Origin: Phoronis australis
Taxonomy: Eukaryota > Animalia > Phoronida
Assembly: GCA_002633005.1 (NCBI GenBank)
Contig: NMRA01000094.1
Span: forward strand, 86,208-150,207
Length of the DNA: 64,000 nucleotides
Reading direction: 5' to 3'
The position numbers and the translations under genes are program-made. Numbering within the stretch: position 1 is the stretch's first letter; each line of letters starts with the position of its first letter. The notes beneath the pieces are model-generated. The model was given only the letters and a program-made list of their open reading frames with translations. It made no database searches and was not told where the DNA came from. This document shows, one piece after another, positions 32,658 through 46,063 of the stretch.

Positions 32658-35600
32658 AGACATAGTTTCACACCACAACAACTGCTTTTCAAAACAAATA
32701 ATAGGACTGCATGAATCTGTTGCACAGGTCAGTTCTTGTCCGACGGCGAACAGCTTGGTTAATGAGAAAAGCCCAGCAGTAATGACCTTTTCCGACGTCA
32801 GCCGAGTCAATTCTGAGAACAGGCATATGTGGTTACAGAATGTCAGTTCAGGAAGACAGCTGTGTATTGCAATGGCTACAAGGCAAGCAGTCAACCCTCC
32901 AAAATTTTGCTTGCTTCATTTGATAATTTCTTTGAACTCCATTTGTTGGCATAATTAAATTGTTTTTCACCAAAAAGATGTAAAAACCAGTGTATCACAG
33001 ATAATCAAAACGTAATACAAAATAGTGCAGTTCTAATTTTTTCATTTTCAGGAGTGAGTAAAAAGGGTGTCACCTTTTAATTTAACCATGTATATAATTG
33101 AAATTTGAGTGGAGGTGGCAATCTCAATGACAGAATTATAAGGACACTTGAAATGGAAGTCTTCTGAACTTGGTTTTTTAAATTCATGTGTTAATGTATT
33201 GAACAAACCCGGCCAAGGCATTAAAAATATTACCTGAAGATGCCAGTGAACATATTATTTCAGCCATTCATTACGACAAATTAATTCTACCCTGCTTTGG
33301 TCACTGAGTCAGAGAAGTCGAAGAACAAATCAGAGGACGATTATGATTTAATCCACAGTTCAAATTAAAATCAAGTGCTTTCAGTCGGAATTATCTATTC
33401 GGTTTATAAAGTGAAAGACTTTCAAGGTAGTTGAAGGTTATCGCTACTGTACATAAGTCACAACTGAAATAATCTCAGTACAGTAAAGTTTATATGTGAT
33501 CTAATCTTTTACCAAAATAAGTAAACTTAGAATGCACAGTACTTTAACATTTAAGCATTACAAACGTTATCCAACAAAAAGACAAATTTACATGATATAA
33601 AAGTGGACATGCCTAACTATTACCATGGCAACCAGGTATTTGTTACATTAGAATTCGACAAGCATGATTTGAAAAAATAAGAAGTTGTGGAAAAAGGATT
33701 GGAGCTTGGAACCTTCACAATCCAACATGGCCTATTACTCTAATTAAGAGCCTTAAGTTTACATTTTGGGCCTTAATAACTTGACTTAAGAAAGCAAAAA
33801 AGTTACAACGCATGTATTGAAAGAACGATTCATACGAAAAATTATAAAAATATGAATTATGTTGTGACACATAATCAAACCTTGAAGCGCAATTGACTTT
33901 CAAAGAAAAAAAGATTTCAAAACTTTTCCAACTGTTTTTAAGCTGAGTGTATGCTCAACTGAATGGGATATTCACACTGCAATAACTAATTAGAATATTC
34001 CTTATATTTTTGTACAAAAACATAAACATTGTGCAAAGTTGCTTTTTGTAGCAGCTTTCATCAAAATGTATCAAAGTTAAAATTTCACCAAGTACAAACT
34101 AGCCGATTGAATATGCCCTTCAGTTCAGCAAAAGTCGCCATGTTATCGGTGCCGCCGGAAATGAGACTAAGTCCAACGGGAATTGTGAGCATTTTTATCA
34201 CTCAGTAAGTAACATCTGCTTGGCTGATATTCCAATGAAAACTATTGAATCGCTCAGAATAGTAGGTGTACATCTTTCTCACTAAATTTCATCGTAAATT
34301 ATTGATGAAAATAAATTATGCAAGGTTTTAAACTCGTAACTTATGCCGCTTGTCCAAGATGACCAACCATGTCCAAAAAAGTGACCCAAATTTCACCACC
34401 AAAATTGCAATAAATGTGCACTGTTTAACCAGATTTTGATAATTTTTCAATTTTTATTGAGTGGGATGCATTATCTTTCCGATTATATTGAAGTATTTTT
34501 GCAAATCGAAAAAAAATCGGTTGGACAGCCCTACTCTTACTGTTCATTTAGTCCAGCTAGCGATCGACTAGACGAGATTGGTTCACAGTTATTTAGTTGT
34601 AGTTAGTATGTATACACATGTGATGACTGTTAATAAAGTTTGCTTATGAACCACATTTCTTTTTATTTCATACCCTATATTCTTCTATTATTCGTTTAAA
34701 ACACCCTCCCACTTCCCCACAAAATTTTGAGAACAGAAAATTTTGAACTTCGGCTATCTTCGGAAACACGTCACCTCAGGAACACATCAGGAATTCCTGA
34801 CTCGATCACTGCCGAGTCTGTCCATAGGTTTGTGCTCTTGGCTGGGTCTATCTGGCACAAATGGAATCTTTGTGTTTGTTAGAATCGGTTTATTATGCAA
34901 CTTTTGCCTATTAATTCTCTGAAATGTGACACATATGCCCATGGTCTTGTTTGCTGCCATAAACATTTTACAGTAGTTAGTGGGTTCGTGACCTGATCAT
35001 GATCATTGCAGAGTCCAGTCAGCCTGACAGAGTCCAGTCAGCCTGACAGAGTCCAGTCAGCCTGACAGAGTCCAGTCAGCCTGACAGAGTCCAGTCAGCC
35101 TGACAGAGTCCACAGTGTCCATTGCAGAGTCCAGTCAGCCTGACAGAGTCCAGTCAGCCTGACAGAGTCCACAGTGTCCATTGCAGAGTCCAGTCAGCCT
35201 GACAGAGTCCAGTCAGCCTGACAGAGTCCACAGTGTCCATTGCAGAGTCCACAGTGTCCATTGCAGAGTCCAGTCAGCCTGACAGAGTCCAGTCAGCCTG
35301 ACAGAGTCCACAGTGTCCATTGCAGAGTCCAGTCAGCCTGACTGAGGCCACGGTCCATTGCTGTGTGCCAAGAGGAGTACTTTTTTCAAATGTAGACGGA
35401 TTTTTAGATTTAAACTGGAGTAAATATTTAAAGAAGAATGCCTGACCGTGGTGTAGTTAGAGGCTGTGGCAATACGCCAAGGTCTGGGGTATCTTTGCAC
35501 AAGTTTCCCACTGATCCAAAACTGCGTCGCAAGTGAGAATACTTTGCGGAAGTCCACGAGTGGAGCGTCGCGCCGTATTCGGTAGTATGTAGCGAACATA

Positions 35601-37820
35601 TTTCTATGGACTGCTTCTAGAACAACAGCCTGTGATCCGAGTGTGGTCATGTAAACCAGGATGAGTGAACTTTTAGAGAGTATTCGAAACGGTATATGCC
35701 GTCGCTAGTGGACCTTGAGCTAGTATTAACAACCTAATTCATAACGGCGGATAGCATCGACGGACACTGTCGGACAGGATTAGTGCTAGAAGTAACCAGT
35801 CGATTGCTTTTCTTTTGCGGGACGGTTTTTTGCAGCATACCGGTAAGTGTTTGTAGGTGGATGTGCTGAATAGCTTGGTGCTCGTTACCTGTCTTTGCAA
35901 TCCATTGAATTTTAGCCTAGTCGATCCCAAGGTGGACTAAATGAACAGTAAGAGTAGTGCTGTCCAACCGATTTTTTTTCGCTTTGCAAAAATACTTCAA
36001 TATAATCGGAAAGATAATGCATCCCACTCAATGAAAATTGAAAAATTATCAAAATCGGGTTAAGCAGTGCACATATTGCAATTTTGATGGCGAAATTTGG
36101 GTCATTTGTTTGGATCTGGTTGGCGATCTTGGACAACAGCGGCATAAGTTACGAGTTTAAAACCGTGCATAATTTATTTTCACCAATAATTTACGATGAA
36201 ATTTAGTGAGAAAAGATCTATACCTACTATTCTAAGCAATTCAATAGTTTTTCATTGGATTTCAGCCAAGCAGATGTTACTTATTGAGTGATAAAAATGC
36301 TCATAATTCCCGTTGGACTTAGTCTCATTTCCTGCGGCACCAACAACATGGCGACTTTTGCTGAACTGAAGGGCATATTCAATCGGCTAGTTTGTACTTG
36401 GTGAAATTTTAACTTTGATACATTTTGATGAAAGCTGCTACAGAAAAGCAACGTTGCACAATGTTTATGTTTTTGTACAAAAAATATAAGGAATATTCTG
36501 ATTATTGCAGTGTGAATATCCCATTCAGTTGACCACACACTCAGCTTAAAATAGTTGAAAAAGTTTTGAAATCGTTTTTTTTTTCTTTGAAAATCAATTG
36601 CGCTTCAAGGTTTGATTATGTGTCACAACATAATTCATATTTTTCTAAATTGTACGTATGAATCGTTATTTCAATACATGCGTTGTAACTTTTTGTTTTC
36701 TTAATTCAAGTTATCAAGGCCCAAAATATAAAGGCTCTTAATTAGAGTAATAGGCCATGTTGGATTGTGAAGCTTACAGCCTCCAATCTTTTTTCCATGC
36801 AATTTCTTATTTTTTCAAATCATGCTTGTCGAATTCTAATGTAACAAATACCTGGTCGCCATGGTAAGAGTTAGGCATATCCACTTTTATGTAAATTTGT
36901 CTTGTTGTTGGATAACGTTTGTAAAGCTTAAATGTTCTAAAATACTGTGCATTCTAAGTATGTTACTTATTTTGGTAAAAGATTAGATCATTTTGACTCA
37001 CATATAAACTTTACTGTTCTGAGATTATTTCAGTTGTGACTTATGTACAGTAGCGGTAACCTTCAACTACCTTGAAAGTCTTTCACTGTAGAAACCAAAT
37101 ATATAATTCCGACTGAAAGCACTTGATTATAATTTGAACTGTGGATTAAATCATAATTGTCCTCTGATTTGTTCTTTTGATTTCTATGACTCAGTGACCA
37201 AAGCATGATAGAATTAATTTGCCGTAATGAACGGCTGAAATAATATGTTCACTGGCATCTTCAGGTAATATTTTTTGATGCCTTGGGTTTATTATTATTT
37301 CAATAGATTAACACATGAATTTAAAAAACCAAGTTCAGAAGACTTCCATTGCAAGTGTTCTTGTAATTCTGTTATTGAGATTGCCATACCACTCAAATTT
37401 CAATTATATACGTGGTTAAATTAAAAGGCGTTTCCTTTTTAATCACTCTGAAAATGAAAAAATGAAAGCTGCAATATTTTGTATTAGGCTTGATTATCTG
37501 TGATACACTGGTTTTTACATCTCCCTGGCCAAAAACAATTTAATTATGCCAACAAATGGAGTTCAAAGGAATTATCAAATGAAGCAAGCAAAATTTTGGA
37601 GGGTTGACTGCTTGTAGCCATTGCAATACACAGCTGTCTTCCTGATCTGACATCACAGACGATTATGTAACCACATATACCTGTTCTCAGAATTGTCTCG
37701 GCTGAAGTCGGAAAAGGTCATTACTGCTGGGCTTTTCTCATTAGCCAGGCTGTGCGGAAAAGATTCACACAGTGCTATGTATTTGTTGAAAAGCAGTTGT
37801 TTTGGTGTGAAAGTATGTCT
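32658..37820. mobile_element. Kolobok-like non-autonomous DNA transposon with ~1.9-kb inverted arms
   Basis: TTAA|AGAC...GTCT|TTAA; arms 32658-34571 and 35917-37820 are highly similar reverse complements; TTAA TSD with RR..YY termini is the Kolobok signature. Confidence 0.8.
35008..35342. repeat. Compound 19/21-bp minisatellite in the spacer of the inverted-arm element
   Basis: Mixed units agagtccagtcagcctgac and agagtccacagtgtccattgc. Confidence 0.93.
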
Positions 37821-38570
37821 TTAAGTATGCAGAGGTTGTGTGTACGTTTCAGATTCTCATGATTTACGGCAGTGATAAGACGTCTGCTGTCTGTGAGTTG
37901 AATGTGGCCGAGCATTCGGTTATTTTGTTTTTCATTAAAATATTGAAAGTTATGTCGACCAAAATGGTATGTTTTTGTTCAAAGTCGACTCACATTTGCC
38001 TAAAGTTTGCCTAAGTATCCGTAAAGAGTGCCATTCAAGAACAGCACTGTCCCAGCGTGGCCTGGCATCATGATACAAACAAATGAGTATCTTAGTTTGA
38101 TACAAATGATGCCATCACCCTAACCTCCATTAGGGGGCGCCAGCATGCGTATGACGTCAGGTGCGCAAAAGCGTCTTGGCCAACATTAACCATCCGGAGG
38201 CGGCGGTTCTCGGTTACTGTAATAGGCCTACTGTTCTTTTGAATTTGATTTGGCAATAACCGAATAACTGTCCGATTCAAATGATTGTCACTAACGCCAC
38301 ACGCTGTGCGAAAAAAAATGCATTTAGTTTAATTTTAAAATCTCAAGGTGCGCCCATAACGGGAGCGCTGCCCTAATCGCGGAACTTAGCCACATGCACC
38401 TACATGAGCCTGAGGGACATTTGACTGAGTAAAATCTTGCGAAAAAACGCAGTGATCCGCATATAGGCGCATGTGCCAAATTGCGGGGTACACGATAGTA
38501 GGCCAAAGCCGGGCTTGGTATCATTTTAATTAAAACTGAGTGCTAAAGTCACTTATTAAATGTCCATATG

Positions 38571-39380
38571 CACTGGCGGATCTAGGATATCACAAGGGGG
38601 GGCAACATTTTTTTCTGTAAGCATTTGCGCAAACCACGATTGTAGATGCGCATAGCACCGAATGGGGGGAGGTCGGGAGGGGAATTTGCCCAGGAAAATT
38701 TTCTGTTTTTTCCTCTTGATTCCTGAAGTATTATCCAAGAAAAAAGGCAAAAAAGGAGTACGTGTCAAACAGGAAAAACTGCACATACCACAGACTCAAA
38801 TTCACGACCTGGCGGATATAGCGTGCGTGCCTTACCACTACACCACCACGATTTAACTCCTTATCTGATAATAAGAGACCTACTTGTTTATGGTCCACAG
38901 CGTTTGCGCGTGAAATCTACTTCTTTTTGTAATGCTTATTACACGTTTTATATTTTGTGCTTTCGGTTCGTAACAAATTTGTTGTATTTAAAATAGTCTT
39001 CAAATGCCCACAAAACCAAATCCGTTTTTCGTGTTGGCAATAATGACAGGATTGCTTTGGAAATCGTCTTAAGTTAAGGTTTGGCAAAGAGAAAATTATG
39101 AGTTTCTGAGTGATTCACTAAGGCTTCGATTAAAATTCACACCTTACCAGCAGCTTCTGTTTTTTCATCGTCACCCAGGTTCCATTTTCTTTAAAAAATG
39201 AAGTAAATTTTCTTCATTGCACAGTGGAGCAGACGACGGAAATGGAGTCGTAGTGCGCAGCGCCATTGCCGGTCGCCTGGGATATCGCGGGAGAACCTAT
39301 ACCGCCATAGTTCCGTTACGATTGCTCCGTGTTAAGAATTTGACACTTGAAATTGGATCTGAGCCCCCCCCCCCAAACAC
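38571..39380. mobile_element. Third long copy of the 5-bp-TSD DNA transposon family (right end runs into an N gap)
   Basis: CACTGGCGGATCTAGGATATCACAAGGGG start; colinear with the 14649 copy. Confidence 0.85.
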
Positions 39381-39424
39381 NNNNNNNNNNNNNNNNNNNN
39401 NNNNNNNNNNNNNNNNNNNNNNNN
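39381..39424. other. Assembly gap
   Basis: Run of N. Confidence 1.
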
Positions 39425-40016
39425 AGGGGGCATATGCATATGATAGTCGGAATGTCATGCTGATTGCTGCTCAGCACGAGAAGATCTGGGATGGTAACGC
39501 TCATGGCCGCTGGTCCACAGCAGGCAGCAAGGGTGTCCGTCGCGCCAGCAAATGGATGTAGTAATAGGGGTCAATGCATCCATCTCCCGTTAGGGGGGCA
39601 GTGTTGTCCTTTGTTTATGGGCAGTAGCTTGAGATCAACGGGTTGCTGGCTTTGGCTGCGTCTGTACGTTGGAGCTTCTGTTAAAAATGCGTTTGTGAAA
39701 CTGGCGACAGGTGTTGTATGAGAGGGTAGAAGTTTAATCTTTGACGAAAGAGTCTCGCTCGCCAACATTTGCATCCAAGGGATTATTCTGAAGACTCAGT
39801 GGATGCAGATTAATAAATGAATAACCACACAAATTTACTTGAAGGTAACGTTTTGCAGTGGAACCGCTAGGTCTTCCTGACTGAGGCACCACCAATGTTT
39901 TTTGTTTCGAAAATAAAGTGTCGTTAAGTTCACCTACTAATCTATTTCAAAATAATATTAGTACTTGATAATGTTGTCAGAGAAAATGAAACTTATGTTT
40001 AGTCATTTGACAGCAG

Positions 40017-40155
40017 AGCTGCTCCATCAGGTTTGTTCCAGCAGGTTGTCCCATCAGGCTGTTCCATCAGTCTGTTCCAACAGGTTGTTCTATCAGGCTG
40101 TTCCATCTGGCTGTTTCATCAGACTGTTCCCTCAGGTCGCTCCTTCGGGTTGTTC
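40017..40155. repeat. ~13-bp diverged tandem repeat
   Basis: caggctgttccat-like units. Confidence 0.8.
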
Positions 40156-40340
40156 CTTAGGTAGCACGTTTCATCACAATTTTGCAATGCATCAACTGAA
40201 AGAAATGCAAATGTGTGTCTCACCTTGTAACATCCGTTACGCTTTCCACTGGCGACAAGGCGTACCTGAAATGTCACAAAAGAATTCCAACCACAATTTT
40301 CGAAGGAAAAACGTCCTTGCAAGTCCAATAAACGTCACGT

Positions 40341-41470
40341 CGGCGGCACAGGCGCTTGGGTTTATCGCAAATGACGTCACTCAATAATATGTATAAGAAA
40401 ACATAAAGGTTGGACACTTAAACTTTGCCAAGCCGAGGCTCCCAACTTCAACCGTCCAAAATCCAAATAAAATCTGCGTGCACCTCCCTTAGCCTGGTAT
40501 TGCATAAACATTCAAAGCCTTATCTTCCCTAGATCCCATTAACTGTCTTCGTGAGTGGTGAATTGGAGATGGAATTTCCAAAACAATCTCAAAACTCTGA
40601 ATTCAAGGACCTGAAATAGTAAACATGGCGGATTTCAGTTGTGCTTCAACTTGTACGCCTGTAGTAGGTGAAACTTCGAGTTTGAGCAAGCAACCTATAT
40701 TTCAAATTCAATAATTCTAATCCAAAACTCAACTATTGAGAATGTTAAAGTTAGTATTTTAATAATTATTTGTAACTTTATTCCACTGACGGCTCATTTA
40801 GCCCTTAACTTAGAAATTTATTACATAAACTGGTGTATCTTGTTTCTCATCTTGACATAACGCACTTTTTTGATTGAAGCACAGCACACTCGTCCAGGAA
40901 ACGCAGTCCGTGCAAGTATTACAATGCGCGTGGCCGACGAGTTAACTCAATGGTTTTGGCCGAAAGTAAAACCTTCATAAGAAATCACAGTACACAAAAA
41001 CTTCGCATATCAATGCAGTATCAGGATAATTTATATTTGACACAAATATGTGAGTAATTACATTTATTTGGCAATAAAGTGCTCTCATGATCAAGTAGTC
41101 GAGGGATTGACGATGAAAGCCGCGCGAAATTAGACTATCGGATTTAGCTCGGGAGCGTCCGTCAAAAACCCGGATGTGCGAAGACCGTCTGCCATGACAT
41201 CACGGAATCAGGTCCTTGAATTTGTGATTTTGGCATTCTTTTGGCATTGTTGTCGCCAAATCACCACTCGAAGGCAATTTGAAGAGATTAAATGAAAGAA
41301 GGTATTCTAAGAGTTGTTCGATGCTAGTTTCGTGGAGTTCCATGCACATTTGAGTAGAAAATTTTTAGGAAACAGATTTCGAGTGTCCAACCTTTATGTT
41401 TTCTTATATATATATATATATATTATTGAGTGACGTCATTTGCGATAAACCCAAGCGCCTGTGGTCGGCG
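40341..41470. mobile_element. Non-autonomous element with ~80-bp terminal inverted repeats
   Basis: acaggcgcttgggtttatcgcaaatgacgtcactcaataatat...aagaaaacataaaggttggacact is inverted at 41382-41470; superfamily unresolved. Confidence 0.7.
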
Positions 41471-43579
41471 GCATTTGTTTGGTTTTGTTGGTGGAGGCAA
41501 AGACGCTACGGTCTCTGGTGGAGGGGAGCAGCTGGCCTACTACTACAACTAAATCTGCCTCTAGTACCTTTGCCCCCCACAAACAAAAACGCCTAGACTT
41601 CACCAAGCTTTCTGAAATGTGATTTTTTATTATTATGTGTGTTGCTCAGTTGTATCTTTTTGTTATTCCTTTTGACGTTCAGTGGAGGTGCCCGGAAAAT
41701 GTCGCACCCTCATAGAGAAGCACGTGAAAAAAGAGCGTATCGTTTCAATTTTATTTTGGCCACCTTTTTATTGTAAACAAATCGTGAACGTCATTTGTTT
41801 TCAAAACGGACAAAAAGTGACCACAATGACGTGTTTCAAAGGAAAAGAAAACATCCTGCAGTAATGATGATTGGTGGCACTGAACAGTCATGGTTTTTAT
41901 GTTGCATGTTAACGCACAATGTCAACACACAGTATGAGGCAATGGCTACATGTAGAGCAAAGGAGAGATGACTGGGTACGTAGTGGCTGAACGTGACCCA
42001 AAATAAAATAATGGATGACCGATGATAATATAAGGAGGATCGTTGAATGAACGGGTAAGTAGGATAGCAACCAAAGTAGCTACTGTGTCATAGTATATAC
42101 GGCCATAGTCAAAGGTGGTCCAAGGTAGCAAACAGCTGAGGGCGCGGTCCTATTAGTACAACGACCAAAATAGGATCAGTTTGCATAAATAAAAAATATT
42201 AATTGTTAGCAGCTGCCAACCATAAATATAAATTCATGGGAAAATGGCATTTCTGAAGTTGTCTATCTAGTATTCCTGTGTTCATTTGAACGAGGACTCT
42301 TAAAAGTAAGTCCTTGGCGTTTTGTGCAAAGGAAAGTTTCGAATCTATTTTTGAATTAATTCCATTTTTGCAATACAACAACACTGGCGTTGTGGTTGTG
42401 CGATTGGTCGAGATAAGTGAACAATAGTTGGAACTGCTCATGAAAGTTTCCTTAAATTTGCAAGGGCTCCTTGATCACATTGTCCTCCTAGACGATTCGC
42501 TTCATGCAAAATAGCTAGTTAGATGCATCTTATATTTTATGTTCTCCATTTACCGTTAAACAACATTGTTTTGGAAATTCCATCTTGTTGTTAGTTTTGG
42601 CGCGAGAGGTATTTAAGCAAACAAACTTGTGTCAACAGATATGCAATGGGTTATGACGTCATATCAATCTTACTTACAAGCTCTAATGGATCTTTTTTAC
42701 TGCATTTACAATACAACAATACCATGGTAAACATTTGAACATACATTGCCTGTTAACAAAAAGGTTGTTTACTTAAGTGAGATAAGACCATTGTGTCATC
42801 AACTAAGAATTACCGGCAATGAGAGCACTTTTGCTCTTTTTGTAAAAAACGCGTTACGGCGCAAGCGCCAATACGGGTGAAGAGGTTCAAGGACACCAGA
42901 CTGAAAGCCATTCTGGTGTAACTTGTAGCAACGCAAACAAACTGTAGACCTAATCAGTGTTCGAATTTCAGATGTGCTGGCCCGCTAGGCCAGTTAGTCT
43001 GAAAATTTAATGGCCCAGGTGCCAAGTTAACTTTTAAAGGTTACTAGCTCGGCCGCAAATGCGCTGGCCCCGGAACACCGTGCATTTCGAACGCTGAACA
43101 ATGCCTGCTGTGAGTCTTATGCAAAGACTGGCCGAGTACTGTGCATGCGCACACTTAGGCCCAGGGGCAAATTCCGAAACAAAGTGGTGTTTCCTGAAAA
43201 AAGTTCAACGGTTTTGCATATAGTGATATGCACAGGCCCCTACGCTTTACAAATAGGCACGGCTACTATAGTTTGTCTTAAGTTGGGCGTTTCCTGCATC
43301 TCTTTCTTGTCCGTTCAATCATATGCAATCCATTTTAGACTAGCTACACTAATACGTTTTCCATATTTATTCCTCTATTTCTAGCTGTGGACGCGGAATT
43401 TCTGCAAGGGTACATCTAGACACTTTCAGACAGAACTGCAAACATAGTTTACACGAATTTCAGTCTCGTCTTGGTGCACTTCGAAAACCTTATGCGAGGT
43501 AGACTGTGTTAATTCGGGTTATAGTGCGAAAGAAACATTGTTCCTCTGTTGCTAACCGGATCACTTCCAATCTATTACA

Positions 43580-44504
43580 TCAGTAACGTGTATTGTCGCC
43601 ACAGCCATGCATCTCTCAAGCATACTCATAACTAAGCGCTGAATCCTGTGCTGGGGGATTGGTGCCCATTCCAGCTATAACAGACGCCGGAGATCGTCCA
43701 ATGAGATCTGGTTTGTGACACGGCGACGCAAGCTGGTCCCACGTTCTATGGGGTTCAAGTCAGGACTTGCTGTATGCCTTGTTATTGTAAATGGTATTCT
43801 ATGGCCCTTGCGTTGCTGTCTTGCAGGATACCATTTTGTCCAAGCGCTCGAACGAAAGGTATGGCTACGGGAACCAGAACTTGGAGTATCGCAGCGCTGG
43901 GCGTTTAAACTTTCTGGTAGATGGACAAGTGGAGTTCTTCCGTTGAAGTAGATTCTGCCCCACACCATAACACTATCTTCATTGTATGGTGTCACAAGCG
44001 TATTCCAACAGTTTGGAAATCTTTTGCCTCTCCGTCTCCATGGACCACAAGTAAGAACGAGACTCATCAGCTGAGAACAAGTGACAGTCCTCTACTGTCG
44101 CTGGTTCCAGCGAACGTGTTGCTTACATAATCTCATTCGGGTTTGGAGATGGAGAGCGGTCATAGCTGGTTTCCTTGCTGGACGCCGTGCTCTTATGTCG
44201 GTTGAATAAGGGCGGTTCCTAACCGTCTGATCGCTAATTTTCGTGTGTTGCCCTCGCAATCTCTCTGTGACTTCCCTGAATGTAATCTGCCGATTTCTCA
44301 GCACCAAAGCTCAAATGTGCCCATCTTGGTTGTGTGCAGTAGCGGCTAGACAATCATTCCGTGGAAAGTCGTGGACAGTACCAGAAGGCTGGCGTTTCAC
44401 TGTACTGGCAGATGACAAAAGTTATTGGCGACCTCTCTTTGCGCAGCGCTCGATTCGAATTAACCAAAAGCCCGAAGTCTATTTTTTTCGGCCATACCTG
44501 GCAT
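43580..44504 (-). pseudogene. Tc1-family transposase pseudogene
   Basis: ISDQTVRNR...RARRPARKP, SVMVWG...GRTPLV, SPDLNPIE, GDNTRY-stop, with frameshifts and stops. Confidence 0.9.
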
Positions 44505-46063
44505 GGTTTTGACACTCAAACTGACACTGACACAAATGCACTGATTTCTTATGTAACCTTTACTAAATTTATGCATTTATTGACTCCTTTTCTTCACGCG
44601 CAGGAAAATTCAGTGATGCTCCACGGTACTCCATTGACCATCAACCGGCATCAAGCTGTTGGAGCTCCATGCAAGAAGAAGTATACTCAATAAAGCCATT
44701 CATAATTTCCTTTATTGGCCTTCAGACTCGTTCAAACACTACAAGACTATTCCAAAGCTAAGCAGTCTGTAGTTTTTGTAAAGGATGCATTTCGTTGAAT
44801 CCGCGTGCGAACCAAATGTCTTCGGAATGTCTATTTTGCGACTTTTGATTCAGACCCACGTCTCTTTAAAAGTTTCATTCTGAATTTTATATAAATAGGT
44901 CTTTGGAAAAAAAATGTTATGAGAATGTGTGTCTTGAATTATACTGCACTTTTGAATTCTCAAAAACTATAATTACCAATTTATGAACAACAATGAAGGT
45001 GGTGTTACCTTTTTGAGTAGTTTTTACCGTCCAGAATCTAAGACACGAAAATAAGCAGGAAATCAAAGAATTTCATCGAAGCTAAAGCGACACACTGCTT
45101 CGCAACTGTTCAGTGAATGTTTCAGTTTTTATATTCCCGGATGAATTGTTTCTAAGTTTTCGACAAACGTTTAATATTATTGAACGGTTCAATGTTTTAG
45201 CATGTGTATTTCACAAACTAAAACTTCTAATTATAAATTTGTTATGAAATAAAAACTTCGCTTAACCGGCGCGGGTACCGTGCTTGGCATACATATGACG
45301 CCATATACCAATAAGCCGAAGCACACTGCAACATGATGTCGCGATGATGCAAGTAAGTTCTTACATATATAAGGGATGAATAGGTTTCGGTCTCGTTGGA
45401 CATTCCCAACTGGAATGTATTCTCGATAGGATATGGCAGAATTTCTGTGTGTGTGGGATCACCCCCAAAATAAGTTGATTGAGTTTAATTACCATTACTA
45501 CTAGTATTTTTACACCACAAAATAATGAAAACAGAACGCTACTGTAGTTACCACTGCAGTTTACAATGACCAGTTTCACCGGCTTTGAGGATGGAGTGAC
45601 AACGAAGACCGAGTGGCAAAAAAGTTCGTTATATTGAGGAGAATTTGCAATTTTAAATACCAAATGCCGTCCAGTGTATTACGTTTGTTTAGTTTCTACA
45701 TATGTAAAAAAAAACAACAAGAATGGATCAACTGAAATTTTAGGATATAATGACATCCTTATACATTTCGTGAAACAATAGTATCCTTGAGAGGGTCTGG
45801 ATCGCTTTATTTAGTTTCAGACTTATTTTCTACGTTATTTAGTTTTTGAAATGTATATAAAACGTAAATTCATGTAATGTGTTCAGCTTAAACCGAGGTT
45901 GATCAGGTTGAAACTTTAGAATTCCAGCCGTAGAAAGTAGTTCTGTTTTTTCACGTGAGTGTGGTTAGTTTTGGTCACGTGACCGTACGATAACCTTTGG
46001 GTTATTGCACGGACACGAGACGAGGTTATTGCACGGCCGCATCAGGACATAATTATGTGGTAT

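Noticed and set aside
39430-39774. GC-richer ORFs after the gap
   Set aside because: No recognisable motif or splice structure; adjacent to an assembly gap
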